The notes: generated by a model not told the origin, from the sequence alone. Positions 43,402-56,912 are shown, counted from the stretch's first letter. The stretch: 64,000 nucleotides of DNA from an uncultured Verrucomicrobiae bacterium (GCA_963772365.1 CAVYXA010000001.1:320001-384000), one strand, 5' to 3'. Numbers and translations are program-made.

Positions 43402-44547
43402 TCATGCACTGGCGGGAAACGGAATCACGTCGGCTTGCTTTGTCGTGACCGGCGCGAACGTGACGCGCTGAGCTTGTGCGATGCTGTGCTCACGTCGCAA
43501 ATGACCATAGGTTTTCATCGCCAGCGCCCCGCCGTCCTTGTGTCCAAGCCAGCGCGAAACGGTCGGAATGTCCACGCCCGATTCGATGCAGATCGTCACA
43601 AATAAATGCCTCAAATCGTGATGGGTCAGCCGTGATATTCCGAGCTTCTTACATGCGCTATTGATTGCCCGCTGCGCTTCATTAACACAGAAAACTTTTG
43701 CTGTCGGAGGTTCCTTCAAACGCCCTTTTCGCATTCGTTGAAGCAGAACACGCAGATCGGGAATCATCGGTACTCGGCGCACCGTCCAATTCTTCGTTCC
43801 TGTTTCAGGATCGCCGCGAATGACAACTTCATTGGCCTCAAAGTCCACGTCTCGCCATTCAATCTGTACTGCTTCACCTTTTCGGCATCCAGTGAATGCC
43901 AGTCCTCGCAGAAAGTCTGCGCAATCGCGGGAACACCACGCGCCGGCACGCTCCACTGCATCTACAAGCTGTAAAAATTCTTCCCGGCTTGGAAGTGTGG
44001 GTTGTTTTGCACGCACTCGCACCCGCTCTAGTTTCGCCGCTGGATTGCCGTACATGACGCCCGCATCAATCGCTACCTCGAATACATGCCGCAGCCCAGA
44101 GATCGTGTTGTTGTATCTCGTATCCGACGCCACCTTGCGAAAACGTCGTGCCCATTCTTTACATTCCGTTCTTGTAATGCGTCGGATTTCCCGATCCGCA
44201 AGACCGGGCCAGCTTTTGAGCAGCGCTACAAAAATCTGATTCCAATAATGTCGCGTGCTCGGCTTAATGTCGGGGTTATCGGCCTGATTCTGTTGATGGC
44301 TCGCCAGCGCTTTGGCGAAAGTCATTTTGGCCGACACGTGGCCATTCCCATTCTCGAAGCGCTCCCGGTGTTCATTGAGAAATTGAGCGAGCTTCGCTTG
44401 CGCTACGCTGAAATGTGATGTGCCGAGAGCCTTCCAAACCTCTTTGCCGTGAGCGAAAGCTCTGGCATAATAGCTGCCGGACTTATGCCGAAGAAGGTTT
44501 GGAAGTCGCGTTCGTTGCCACGTTTTCGCTGCTTTGCGCTCTTTCAT
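43402..44547 (-). CDS. Tyrosine recombinase/integrase
   Basis: TGCRKGE, TKN, HDLRH, WLGH, KTY catalytic set; adjacent to tRNA. Confidence 0.96.
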   Translation of the reverse strand: MKERKAAKTWQRTRLPNLLRHKSGSYYARAFAHGKEVWKALGTSHFSVAQAKLAQFLNEHRERFENGNGHVSAKMTFAKALASHQQNQADNPDIKPSTRHYWNQIFVALLKSWPGLADREIRRITRTECKEWARRFRKVASDTRYNNTISGLRHVFEVAIDAGVMYGNPAAKLERVRVRAKQPTLPSREEFLQLVDAVERAGAWCSRDCADFLRGLAFTGCRKGEAVQIEWRDVDFEANEVVIRGDPETGTKNWTVRRVPMIPDLRVLLQRMRKGRLKEPPTAKVFCVNEAQRAINSACKKLGISRLTHHDLRHLFVTICIESGVDIPTVSRWLGHKDGGALAMKTYGHLRREHSIAQAQRVTFAPVTTKQADVIPFPASA

Positions 44548-44622
44548 AAAGCCGACCGTAGAATAGCACCGTGAAAAGCGCAACACGAATCTTTTCCAGT
44601 CGGGCGAATTACCTAGGTAAAT

Positions 44623-44695
<73 letters not shown>

Positions 44696-45381
44696 CTGTT
44701 TATTTTCGATTTTCGATCGGGGATTTGCGATTCTCGATCTTGTGCAATCACTGGCACCCCGGCTGGAACAACGCGAGGAATCGGTTGAGTTGCGCGACTG
44801 GCCACGGGTTTGAAGTCACCGGCAGTGTATCCATTTCTCGCTCCCTGGTGGATATCGTCGGCCATTGCTTATTGGTCAGGACAGCCCCGGGGGTGCGGGG
44901 AGCTCCCACGAAAGCTTTCAGGGGATTGCCGACAGCGCTCGCTTTTACCTGGGCGAGGTCGGGCGCGAGCGAAGCAAATCCTCGCGAGACATCGAGTCCA
45001 GTAGGTTTTCAGCTATGACGCCGAGCGAGTGAGGGAGAATTCAGCGTCCATTTTGGGGCGAATCCTTCGCGGAATGATCTTTGCTCTATGTTGGATCGCC
45101 GCCGAGCCAGGCGCCGCCGTTTCTTGTGTTATCAGGCCAGAACGATGCGGCCAAACTTTACCGGGTTGTGAAGAAGCTGTGAAAAAGTTGACTTTTTACG
45201 TGAGAAAGTTTTGACATCGAGGCCCAATATCTGGAATAATAGCGCGTGTTGAAAAAATTCATCCCACAGAAACCGATGTCCGGCGATCAGCGAAGGATCG
45301 TCGAACTCGGCCACCGATGATAGCAACCGATTCGCGTTTCGCGAACAACCAAGAACATCCACAACCGATTACCAAAAAACT

Positions 45382-45798
45382 ATGGCAGAACACGCTGGCA
45401 AAGACATCCTCTCGAGCGATGTCGAAATCAAAGGCTCGATCAAGTTCCAAAAAGAGCTTCTCATTGACGGGAAAGTCGAAGGCGAAATCAATTCTGATGG
45501 CGTGCTGACGATCGGTGAGAATGCGGATATTCGCGGCGAGATCAAGACGAAATCGATCACTGTGTTTGGCAAAGTCCAGGGCAACATCACGGTAGGTGAG
45601 CGTTGCGAATTGAAATCAAAGTGCGCGTTGCATGGGGATCTTAAAGGCGGCCCGCCTGGTGATCGAGGAAGGTGCGACGTTCATCGGAAAGTCGGAAGTG
45701 ACCAGTGGGATGACTGCGGCCCCCAAGCCGGCTGCGCCACTCGTCCGGAAATCGTCCGCAATGAAGAGCCGGTGAAAGCTTTCGCCGGTCGAGGCTAA
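45382..45798 (+). pseudogene. Bactofilin (polymer-forming cytoskeletal protein), apparent frameshift near 45650
   Basis: VEIKGSIKF..LLIDGKVEGEI..VFGKVQGNI repeats; LVIEEGATFIG lies in another frame. Confidence 0.88.
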
Positions 45799-45828
45799 CC
45801 GAAAGAGGGATTTTCGCTTAAGATACCA

Positions 45829-46691
45829 GTGGCCAAACCGTCGCCTGTCAAAGTCAGTGTGGAATGCCCGCACTGTGGCTTCAAGCAGATGGATTATGCT
45901 GGCGGCGAAGAGCACGATGTGCCGCCAGTGCGGCCGCTATTTTTCGCCTTTTGCGCCCAAACCTGGCCTGAAACTTCGCGACGAAGGAAGAGGCGCAGAC
46001 TGCGGCGCCGGCATCCGTCAATTTTGCAAAAATTTGGCGGTCTCTGGAATCAGCCGCGCAGATCGAGTAGTCGAATGTTTCGAGTGTCGGCGAAAGCACG
46101 AAGTAAGCGATGCCGCGAGATCGACGAATTGTCCGTCGTGCAGCGCGCATATCGATCTTCGCGATTACAAGATCGCGACGAGTTTTAGTCGCACAATTCG
46201 CACTCGGGGCGAAGTTCATCTTACCCCAAAAGGCGATCTCAGCAGCACAAGCGTGACGTGCACATCTGCTCTGATCGAAGGGAAACTGCGCGGGAATCTG
46301 CATTGCTCTGAGTCGGTCAGCGATCGACTTTGTCGGGAAACTTCCGGGACGGCTGACGGCGAAACATGTGACCGTGGAACGCAAAGCAGACGTGCAGTGT
46401 TTCCGGCGCGTGGCGGTTGGCAGTATCGAGATTAAGGGGCGAATGACGGCGGAGATCGTGGCGGAGACCTCGGTTCACATCCACAAGAATGCGTCGCTCG
46501 AAGGCAACGTGACCGCGAAAGCGATCACCGTCGAGAAAGGGCGGACTTTTTTCCGGCCAACTCATCATCGGTCAAGGCGAACTGAAGCAGGGCAGAATTG
46601 TTGCCGGAAGAAGTCCGCGGTTACCAGAGCTCGCGAATCCAGCAGGGAAATCTGGGGACCAGTGGCAATCCAGCCGCTTCCTGCTACCTAG
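45829..46691 (+). pseudogene. Zinc-ribbon + bactofilin protein, several apparent frameshifts
   Basis: CPHC, CRQC, CFEC, CPSC, then bactofilin strands (IEGKLRGNL, SLEGNVTAKAITVEKG) across three frames. Confidence 0.8.
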
Positions 46692-46705
46692 CCGACCGCA
46701 TCGCG

Positions 46706-47127
46706 ATGCAAAAAGTGCATCCGCGCAGTCCGTACGAGAAACTCGGCGGTTACGTGCACTTGCCTCGTTTGATCGACAAGGCCCGGCTGCAGCGAAAAGG
46801 TCTGCTGAACGGCTACAATTACAAGACAGTTGGCTTCGACAAACATTTGCTGGCATTTCTTAAAACTCGAACGGAGATGAATTCGAGGAAGTGGCCAATC
46901 GATTCGATGACGACTCCGCCGTCCTGGATTGGGTGCAGCGAGCCGGGCGAAAACATCCGCCCGAAGCCATCGAACAATGGAACCAGGCGATGATTTCGCG
47001 TCATCCCGATACTGCCGCAAAGAAAGCGCGCTTCCTCCATTTCCTTAAGGAAGCCGGTGGTGCGGGTCGAAAAGATATTAGCACTTACTTCGATCTCATC
47101 GAATTCGACGAAGGCCGGCTGAAATAG
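46706..47127 (+). pseudogene. DUF5069-like protein, frameshift near 46865
   Basis: PRSPYEKLGGYVHLPRLIDKAR...; C-terminus TYFDLIEFDEGR in another frame. Confidence 0.75.
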
Positions 47128-47896
47128 CCAAGTAGAACATCGACTACTACTTCCGCGAACATCTCATTCCGGCCTCTGGCCAAACCTTCCTTGCTGCCGA
47201 TGTCGATCCATTTGCCCTGAAGCTGGAAGGCTTTCACGGGCTGGCGGGTATAGAGCCATTGGACAAAACGGCCGGGCTGATCGGGATTATTTCCGGCAGC
47301 CAGATAGGTTTTAAAAAGGGCAAGCGTTCGGGACGAATAATAGTAAAGCGCGATCGCTGCCAAGTGTGCTCTTCGGTTTTTGGGGCTTTTCTTCAAAGTG
47401 TGTGATAGTTCCGGCGGCGTCGATGGCGATGTTTCCATATTTCTTGATCGCTTCCTCATCGCCTACATCATAAACAGCCACTGTGGCATCGGTGTCTTCG
47501 GCAAGCTCAATAAAATCTGCCGAGGCTTTGGCTGAACAAATTGTCTCCGGCTACAATCAGAAGAGGAGAATCGATGATCTGCTTTCGGTTCAGAACGAAG
47601 TTGAATATCGCCAATTGCTCCGAGTTTATCATCGTCATTGTTCGATCCATCATTAACAATCTTCAGTCTGAATTGTGGATGTCGATCTTGATACCGATCG
47701 GCCCAGGCTTTGGAAATCGTCGGCGAACTTGTCGTTTGTCACTACATAAATCGTTTCGAGTCGGAACGTCAATCAGATTATCGAGAACCCACTCGATGAT
47801 CGGTTTGCCCGCGACTTCCAGCAGCGGCTTGGCTTTATTCAGGGTGAGTGGATACAGCCGCGTAGCGTAGCCAGCCGCAAGGATGAGAGCGTTCAT
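47085..47896 (-). pseudogene. Sugar-phosphate nucleotidyltransferase, several frameshifts
   Basis: [31 protein letters not shown] near the C-terminus; 3' end approximate. Confidence 0.85.
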
Positions 47897-47965
47897 GAAA
47901 ATGAGTGAGATGGTTATTCCGGGGATCGCTGCTGAGCGACTGGGCAATCAGCAGTTACGATCCGC

Positions 47966-50706
47966 TCAGAATACGTCGATTGCGACTGATTTTTGCATCG
48001 CAGCAATCCGCTGCGGATCGGTGACCTTCGAATGGTTGGCACGATCGACTACATAAAACGTATCTATCGCCGCGCCAGCTTGCGTGCTGATGCGGGATAG
48101 CGCGATCGAGATTCCTCCAGGTCGAGACAGGATAAATGTCGTAGAGCAGTCCGAGTCTGTCCGGGAGCTTCGATTTGAATCAGGCTGTAATTCGCATGGG
48201 CCTTGTTGTCGATCACGATTCGGGTTGGGAATTCTACCTCCTGCGGCGATGTGCCGCCGGCTCGCATCGCGCGCGTTTTTCAGTACCGGCCAAAATCGAA
48301 ACGCGGGATTTTCCAAAGCGCTTCGCAAAGTTTTTTCGACTAAATCGACATCGCGCTGGTCGGAAACTGCGCTGACCCTTGGTGTCGCACACTCGAAAGA
48401 CATCGAGCACGATACTGTCGCTCCGGGTAAACACGTCGGCGCTTAGGATATTTAGCGGAACAACTGAAAACGAGCCCGCGATTTTGCCAGCAGTCGATCG
48501 CGGTCCCACGTGCAGAAACGGTGCCGATCGTGTGACCTTGCGCGGGCGAAGGGTTGCCAATTGATCGCCGGCGCGAGAGGCTTGATCGGGTTCGTCTGAA
48601 ACATTTTTAAGAAAGTCCCGAAGTAATTTGATGATCGATCGACAATTTCCGCCACTTCTGATCGCTCGAAATAATCATCGGGCATCAACTCGAAATGCGC
48701 CTCAATTTCCTCCGCGTAATCAGTTCGGGAGATGCTTGTAATTGTCTGCTTCCAGAGCTTCTCGTTCGATCTTGGTTTTTTCGTAGAACGATTTTCGATC
48801 CAGCAGATACTGCGAAGTGGCATCATACAGTTCCCATACAAGTGATTCCTTCCAATCCGACCATGCTTCGGCGCTTGTTCCCTGTCCGTCAGCAAGCGTG
48901 AGCAGCATGAGCGCATCGAGATTTCGCTGGTTTTTAACGATCTGTGCCAGCTCTGCGATTGTAGCTGGGTCATCGAGGTTTCTCTGCTGGGCAATGTTCG
49001 ACAGAGTCAAATGATGATCGACAAGCAGGATCAGCGATTTTCGCTGCTCGGAGGATAATTGCAGACGATTGGCCACACGCTGGGCAAAAACGGCGCTGGC
49101 TTCGGCATGAGGTCGAGCCCGACAGCTTTGCCGGTATCGTGTAAGAGCAAGGCCAGATACGAGAACAAATGTGTCTTCCAGTCTGCTCGAACAGTCTTTC
49201 GATACGGCATCAGTTTCGGGTCATTCTGTGGTGTAGCGCGTCGAGCTTGTCAATGCAAACCATGCGTATGTTCATCGGCCGTATAACGATGAAGATATTC
49301 GTGTTGTACAAGACAAGTGAGTTGACCAAATTCGGGAAGATAGCGGCCCAGAAAATCGACTCGATGCATCATGCGGAGAATCCGCGCGACTTCGCCTTTC
49401 CGCGAGAGGATCGACTTAAAGATTTCCCGCGGCTCCTTCGCGTATTGAAAACTCGCGTGACTTGTCCCAGCGATCGGCTAATCAACGTCCGCCAGGTCCG
49501 GGCTCAGATCCAGATGATGTTCTTGGGCAAGCTGAAAACGCGCATCATTTGCGTCGGTTGTTTACGAAAGAGATCGCGACGATCAGGATAGAGTTGTCCA
49601 TCACTGACGAAGAATGATTCCAGTGGCCTTTGCCGGGGCCGGATCAGAGGCAAAAAACTAAAGAGCGAACGCGTTTTGTCACTGGCCCGGCCACTGGCGA
49701 ATTGTTGCGTAATTCGTTCCGTTACCCGAAAAATATTCCGGGTGTGCCCGTAGTAATCGCGCATGAACGCTTCGCTGCGAAGCTGGCCGTTGCGCTGGGA
49801 ATAATTCAGTCGTCTGGCAATTTGTTCCTGTAATTCGAGATGCAGAATGTCGGTGGCACGGCCGGTGAGATAATGCAGGTCTGTTCGCACACGGAGAAGG
49901 AAATCGTAGGCTTTCTCGATGCGACGCTGGTCCGCTTCGCTAAGCCAATCTGTGCCGACGAGCTGATTTGTCGTCAGAGCGCCTTGCTCAAAATACGTCA
50001 TCCACAGCAAGTTCTGATAATCACGCAGGCCGCCACAGCCGTTTTTCACGTTTGGCTCCTGCATATAAACACTGTCTCCCGAATTTTTTATGTCGCGCCG
50101 TTTGGTCTCGCATCCGCATTTCGACGTATTCGCGCTCGTGTCCAGTTACGCATTTCGAACGAAATTGATCGCGAAATTCCCGTGCGAGGTCGACGATCGC
50201 CAGCTAGAAAACGCGCCTCCAGCATTGCCGTTTTTGTGAGCATATCGCGGTTGGCTTGAACGATTGCTTCCTTAATGGAGCGGGTAGAATGGCCGACTTT
50301 GAATCCGCTGTCCCACAGCAGATACAGAAGTTGCTCCACGATTTTTTCCAGATAGGGAGAAATTTTTTTCGCCCGCTGTCGATGCAACAGCATAACATCG
50401 ACATCGCTAAAGGGATTTAGTTCGCCGCGGCCATATCCTCCTATCGCCACCACGGCCAACGGCTCACCGGGACATGGGCGTCGCCAACCGCGGCGGTAGC
50501 TGCCGCAAAAACATGCTTCAGCAAAACATCCACAAATCAGCTCGACGCTGGCAAATCTCCCGTCCCCCACCTCCGGCCTGGTGTTTCAATCGGAGCCGAT
50601 GCTCTTCGATCTTTAGAAATTTTTGATAAAGCGGGAGGACATCGGTCGGGCGTTTTGAGCCCGTTGCGGCGAGCTGGTTTTCCGCATGGGCCAGAACCTG
50701 TTCCAA
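47966..50706 (-). pseudogene. glnD: [Protein-PII] uridylyltransferase, many apparent frameshifts
   Basis: [32 protein letters not shown]-domain fragments, ACT-domain DVF/DTFYV. Confidence 0.92.
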
Positions 50707-50737
50707 ATGTCGTGTAGCGGCATTGCGGAAAAAGTCG

Positions 50738-52472
50738 TCACCGGCAATCTAGCCGAGAAAACGCCTTTTCCCAATCTACCCCTCCGCAGTTGCCGGCGTG
50801 GAAATTCACTTGTCGGCGCGAAAGCGGAGACTCAGAGTTCGCCGGCCGACTGAAAGGCAAAGCGGGCATTTGTTCAGCCGACTGGTTCACTGGTCGACGT
50901 TGGAAAACTGGACTGCGGGTCGAGATCGTATCCCAGAAGCAAGCGGCCACGCAAGCAGAACGAAAAGCGAGCCGTAGGGTCGAATCATTGAGCAGATCAA
51001 TGGCCGGCAGCGTCGCAACCAATTTCTTATCAATCAACATGACATGGAAAATCATGGCCGCGCTCAGGATCGACTATGCAAAGTGAAGCACGCTCAGCCG
51101 GACACTGACACCCAGATGCGACTGCGCTCAGCACTGCGCCCCACATCAGATAACGCTCATGCATTTGTCCAAGCAAGGCGAACATCAAAAGCCACGGAGT
51201 AGCCATGGCAATCAAGACCCGGGGATCGCGGTTGTGGGCATGGCGGGCGGCGCCCCTAGCGCAAAAAACAAGCCCAGCCAGATAGAGAGCCGCAACGTCC
51301 ATTGTAATGTGAGAGTGATGGAATATGAGCCAACATCAACGGACCAAAGTGCATCCTTTAATGACCATCCCAGCCATCCAGCAAGAACGGCAGGTTATAA
51401 CAGGAGCTGACGAACAAATACGGATAATGCTCAGTGCCGTAGAGAAAGCCGACTTGCAACCAACCAAAACTTCCGCCGCAAAGAATGCCTATGACGAAAA
51501 CAGCCAGTGCGGTTGAACCAGCGATCCAAGCCCAGCGATGTCGCAGATTCCATTTACAAAAGACAATGAAAATAACGACCTCGGTAATTGCGATCGCAAT
51601 CCAGGCGGAACTCCTGAGAGAAGCCAGGGTGATACCACGAGGGCGGTAGTCGCTGCAAACCCGGACACCCATCGCAGCGCCGAATCCCATTTTTTTTGCC
51701 AAAGCGGCCAAAATAAAAAGAAGGGGACAACGAAGAGAAGTTGTCCTTTGAACATGGCGCCCGTTGCTAAAATACATCCACACCAGAACCACCGGCGAGT
51801 CGAAGCAGCTAAAGCCGCGAACAAATAAAAAGGGAGAATCCATGCATCCCATTGCGGCCAGCCATGCGCATCCAGAATCATCGATGGCTCAAACCAGGCG
51901 ACGCTCGCTGCAAGCAGAGCGCAAATCCACGCCCGATTTTCCACCGGAATGCAATGCATCCAGCGCGATCCGGTCGCGCCGGCTGCCCGGTGGACCCAAA
52001 GACGCACCAGCAGGAAAATCCCAATGGCTGACAACAATTCGCAAATCAAATTCGCCTTAAGAAGTGACGAGATATGCTCGGGACGACTGTCGTTTACTCC
52101 CGGAAATCTTTCGCGGACATACTTTGTCCAGAGCGACATCGCCAGGAGCCGCAAAGGCGGGATAATCGAGCTGGTAATCCTTTCGTAGGCCTCCTCCTTT
52201 ACCCATTCATAAACCGACAGATACCCCCGGAAGAAGTCTCCCCAGGAATTGTTTGATTGTGGATCCGGCGAAAGCTTCCGGGCCTGGGCCAGTGTCTGAC
52301 TGCCCCAATAGAATCCGTTAACCAAGTCGTGCTGAAAACGAACGTGTTTTGTCGTTTGCCAAGTCCAATTGCGAAGTTGAACACCCGCGAGCAACAATAT
52401 GCCGACGAGGACGCTCATTGAAACCCGAACTGCCCAGCGGCGCCAGTCTACACGATGAAAATAAACGGTCAT
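50738..52472 (-). pseudogene. Multi-TM membrane protein, GT-C glycosyltransferase-like, frameshifted
   Basis: WPQWD, FKGQ, QMHERY motifs with many hydrophobic segments across four frames. Confidence 0.65.
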
Positions 52473-52569
52473 TGGAACCTCCCTTAGAAGCCTTAGAAAC
52501 AGGTTCTATTCAAAACAATTAGAGCGGCAGATGTGGAAGCCTGGAAAAGATAATGGAGAGACACAAAAA

Positions 52570-52590
52570 TGGCTCCAGAAGTAGGATTCG
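52570..52590 (-). repeat. 3'-terminal tRNA-Asn fragment (att-like scar)
   Basis: tggctccagaagtaggattcg matches 57250-57270 at 20/21. Confidence 0.75.
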
Positions 52591-53039
52591 GCGGCGCCTT
52601 TTCCTATGTTCGCGCCGGAATTAAGCGCGTTTTGTTTGGGTAATCAAGCGAACTCGCCAAACTGTGAACGCGGGGCCTTTCACCGCTTTTCTTGTAATTT
52701 TCTGACACGCGGAGTGTGCCGGTTCAATCCTGCAGCCTCTGAGCGGAACTCTGAAGGCGAAAGTGCTCTTGATTGTGATTCGTTGGTTCGTTAGCTCGAG
52801 CGATCCTGAGATTTCATGCTGGTATTTAGGCCCGTCGTGCGATAGTCTCCGGATGAGGTCGATTAAAGGAGCCGACAGGCAAGTTTACTTTAAGCTCGGG
52901 ACGCCCGAAACGCAGGCACGGCGCAATTTGCGGTTCGCCGCCGTATTAGGCTTCAACCAAAGCGGGACCGGGAGTTTCGAATCAGTGGCCCACTTTCCTC
53001 TAGCACGTGGCGAGGATCGGGCAGTGCCGGCACGATCTC

Positions 53040-55337
53040 GTGACTAATGCCAAGATCAACCGCATCGCTTTCCTCGGGGATTATCTGCCTCGTCAATGCG
53101 GCATCGCGACATTTACTGCGGACATTTGTGAGGCGGTCGCAGCCGAGTATCCGTATTGCGAATGCGTAGTAGGAGCGGTTAACGATCGTCCGGAAGGTTA
53201 CGATTATTCGACACGCATCCGTTTTGAGATCGACGAAAAGGAGATCGACTCATATCGCCGCGCGGCGGATTTCTTAAACATTAATAACGTCGAGATCGTC
53301 TCGGTTCAACACGAGTTCGGCATATACGGCGGAGCCGGCCGGAAGCCATTTGCTGGCTTTCTTGCGCGACGTGCACATGCCGGTTGTGACAACACTACAT
53401 ACCGTGCTGGGTCAGCCTAATGAGGCGCAACGGTCAGTGATGGAGCAGCTCGATGCGCTCTCGAATCGTTTCATCATGATGGCGGAGCGCGGGCCGCGAA
53501 TTATTGAAGGAAGTTTACGGGGTCTCATCCGAGAAGATCGATCTGATTCCACACGGGGTGCCGGATGTGCAGTTCATCGACCCGACTTTTCACAAGGATC
53601 AGTTCGGCGTGGAAGGTAAGACGGTGCTGCTCACGTTTGGGCTTCTTTCACCTAACAAAGGCATCGAATATGTGATCGAAGCGTTACCGGCCATTCTCGA
53701 AGCGCATCCGAATGTCGTTTACATAGTCCTCGGTGCGACGCATCCCAATCTTCTTTTGCGGGAAGGTGAGTCTTATCGGTTAAAGCTTGAGCGGCTTGCC
53801 GAAGATCGGGGAGTGACCGGCAAATGTAATTTTTTACAATCGCTTCGTGAACACTGGAGGAACTAACCGACTTTATCGGTGCGGCCGATATTTATATCAC
53901 GCCGTATCTTAACGAAGCGCAGATCACTTCCGGCACACTGGCTTATGCTTTCGGCGCGGGGAAGGCGGTAATTTCCACTCCTTATCTTTACGCGCAGGAG
54001 TTACTTGCGCAGGATCGGGGTATTCTTGTGCCTTTTCGCGATAGCGCTGCTATTGCCGAAGGCAGTAGCGTCAATTTCTATCTGATCCAGCGATGATGGC
54101 TGGGACGCGAAAACGTGCATGGAAACTGGGTACGAGAAATGATCTGGCCTGTGGTGGCTCGCCGTTACATGGAAAGCTTTGAGCACGCGCGTACCGGTCA
54201 ACTGGTCCTCCCCGCAAAACCTTCGCTATTCGAACTCTGGAAAATCGTCCTTATGAATTTCCACCGCTGAAACTCGATCACCTTTTCCGCATGACCGATG
54301 ATACTGGAATTTTCCAGCACGCTATTTTTAACGTGCCGAATTACCGCGAAGGCTATTGCACGGATGACAATGCCCGCGCGTTCATCCTTACCTTACTGCT
54401 TCCTGAAATGACAAGCCGCGTCGCACAACAACGACATGGAATGCCTGGCCAGCACGTATCTTTCGTTTTTATGGGATGCGTTCGATCAGGAAACTAGTCG
54501 ATTTCGCAATTTCATGAGTCATCGCCGGGAATGGTTAGAACGCTTCGGCTCGGAGGACAGCCACGCGCGAGCCCTGTGGGCGATTGGCATGGCGCTGGGT
54601 CGATCGAAGAATGATGGCCATCGCAATCTCTGTGCGCTCTTGTTTCAGCGTGGCTTACCCGTCGTGGAAGAATTCACTTCTCCGCGAGCATGGGCCTTTG
54701 CGCTGCTTGCCATGCAAGAATACCTGCGCAACTTCTCCGGCGACCGGACAGTTAATCAGTTACGCGACGCACTAACGACGCGACTACTAGACTTGTTTCA
54801 GGCCAACAGCTCGAAGGAATGGCAATGGTTCGAACCGGTCGCGACCTACGATAACGCCAAACTTTCGCATGCGATGATCCTCAGTGGTCATTGGACTTCG
54901 CGTGGCGACGTCTTCCAGGCAGGTTTGCAGTCGCTCCGATGGCTGGTGGAAACCCAAAAAGGGGATGCCGGACATTTCGCGCCAATCGGGTGCAATGGTT
55001 TCTGGAAGCGCGGCGGGGAGAATAGCGCGCTTCGATCAACAGCCGCTCGAAGCCTATGCTATCATCTCGGCTTCTCTTGAGGCTTTTGCTCTTACCCATG
55101 ATGAATACTGGAAACGCGCAGTCGCGACGTTGTTTCGAGTGGTTCCTTGGCCGCAATGATCTGGGAGAATCGCTCTACGATTCCAGCACCGGAGGATGTC
55201 GTGATGCCTTGCATCAGGACCGCGTGAGTCAAAACGAGGGAGCGGAATCAAGTCTCGCATTTTACTTGTCTCTTGCAGAGATGATGCAGGCGGAGACCGC
55301 GCGGGATTCAAAGATCCTGAGTCGTAAAGTTGGATGA
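53040..55337 (+). pseudogene. Glycosyltransferase family 4 with C-terminal hydrolase-like domain, frameshifted
   Basis: YLPRQCGIATF, QHEFGIYGG, TFGLLSPNKGIE, YCTDDNARA, SEDSHARA, QNEGAES. Confidence 0.88.
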
Positions 55338-56781
55338 AACTTCATCCGACGGACGTCCTTCTGCGCCCGGATAATAAGCGCGTAGTCGTGCGCCCCTTTA
55401 TCTCAACCGATCCTGCACGGGTAGAACATATCATCGCCCGCGCTCTTACGCTCAGCGAGTCGGAAACCGACAAACAGCTCGCGTTAGTTCGAGCGGATTT
55501 TGGCGAGAGACATGTCGACCTTGATAAAAGTTGGCTACGGCACTTTGAAAAGGTGCGAGCACAGGTTCCCAACGGTAAAACGATTTCCAAAGCACGCCGG
55601 CTATTCATTGGTGCTCTTTTTTCCGGCGAGTACGCACTCGAATCGACCGCATTATTTAATCCCTCGATTATTCCGCACCCCGACCAGACTGGTTTAAGGC
55701 AGGGTGAACTCCGTTTTATCTTAGCCTCCGCTCGACCGGGGAAGGTCATATCTCATCGATCCAGTTTCGAGCCGGTGTGGTCCGTCGTGATCACTCAGTC
55801 CGGATCGAGAAAACGACGCCTTTCGTAACACTGCCGGAGCTTAATCCCAATCCGGCCTACCATAAACGCACCTTCCTGGACAAACTGAGCGAGATGGGGC
55901 TGGAGAACGATTGGGCCGCGTCAGTCATGGGAAGATTAGGAAAAACTTTTCTGTTTGACGAACTGGTCGAGTCCATTCAACAAGCAGCACCGGACGAGGC
56001 TTCCTCACAAGCGCGTGACGTGCAGCGAACTTTGGAATGCATGCACTGGCTCGCGGAATCCAACTACGAAATTCATTTCAAATCTTCCTCACAAATATCG
56101 GAACGCATTATCTTTCCGGTCTCGTCTAACGAGAGCAATGGGATTGAGGACGCCCGTTTTGTTCGATTTGTCGAAGACGATGGTAGCGTAATCTACTACG
56201 CGACCTACACAGCTTACAACGGCCGAGTCATTCTCCCGCAGCTGATCGAGACCGCGGATTTCCTGCACTTCCGTGTCCTGACCCTTAACGGACAGGCGGT
56301 GCAAAACAAAGGGATGGCGCTCTTTCCCAGACGCATAAACGGGTATTACGCTATGCTTTCGCGACAGGACGATGAGAATCTCTTCCTCGCCTTTTCCGAC
56401 AACCCGCATTTTTGGAGTGACCCAGAGCTACTACTAGACCCTCGCCAGCCGTGGGAGTTCGTAAAGCTGGGCAACTGTGGTTCACCAATTGAAACCGAAG
56501 CTGGCTGGTTGGTTCTCACTCACGGCGTCGGTCCAATGCGGAAGTATTGCATCGGAGCCATCTTGCTTGACCTGCACGATCCCGCCAAAATCATTGGACG
56601 ACTCAAAGAGCCGCTCTTAAGACCGGAAGGCAGTCAAAGGGAAGGCTACGTGCCAAATGTGGTTTATTCCTGTGGTTCCCTCGTCCACAACGGGCAACTG
56701 ATGCTGCCTTATGGCATCAGCGATACAGATTCTGGCATTGTCAGAGTAGAGCTAAATGAGCTTTTGGCTGGCCTTATCTAA
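55334..56781 (+). pseudogene. Glycoside hydrolase family 130 protein, frameshift near 55730
   Basis: ALFNPS, NGIEDARFV, YATYTAYNG, NKGMALFP, EGYVPNVVYSCG. Confidence 0.88.
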
Positions 56782-56912
56782 GAGGAGCGCTCTTCCAAAT
56801 ACCGCTTCTTACTGATCTATTCGTTCCCGCAATCCGCAGTCGTGTCATTCGACTTTAACCGTAAAATCCTCGAAACGGCTTTTGTCGGAAGAAGCTGGAG
56901 TCGAGCCAGTTA

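Noticed and set aside
44745..45130. Possible gene or ncRNA downstream of tRNA-Ile2
   Set aside because: Only fragmentary frames at the edge of the error-rich zone; no recognisable motif.
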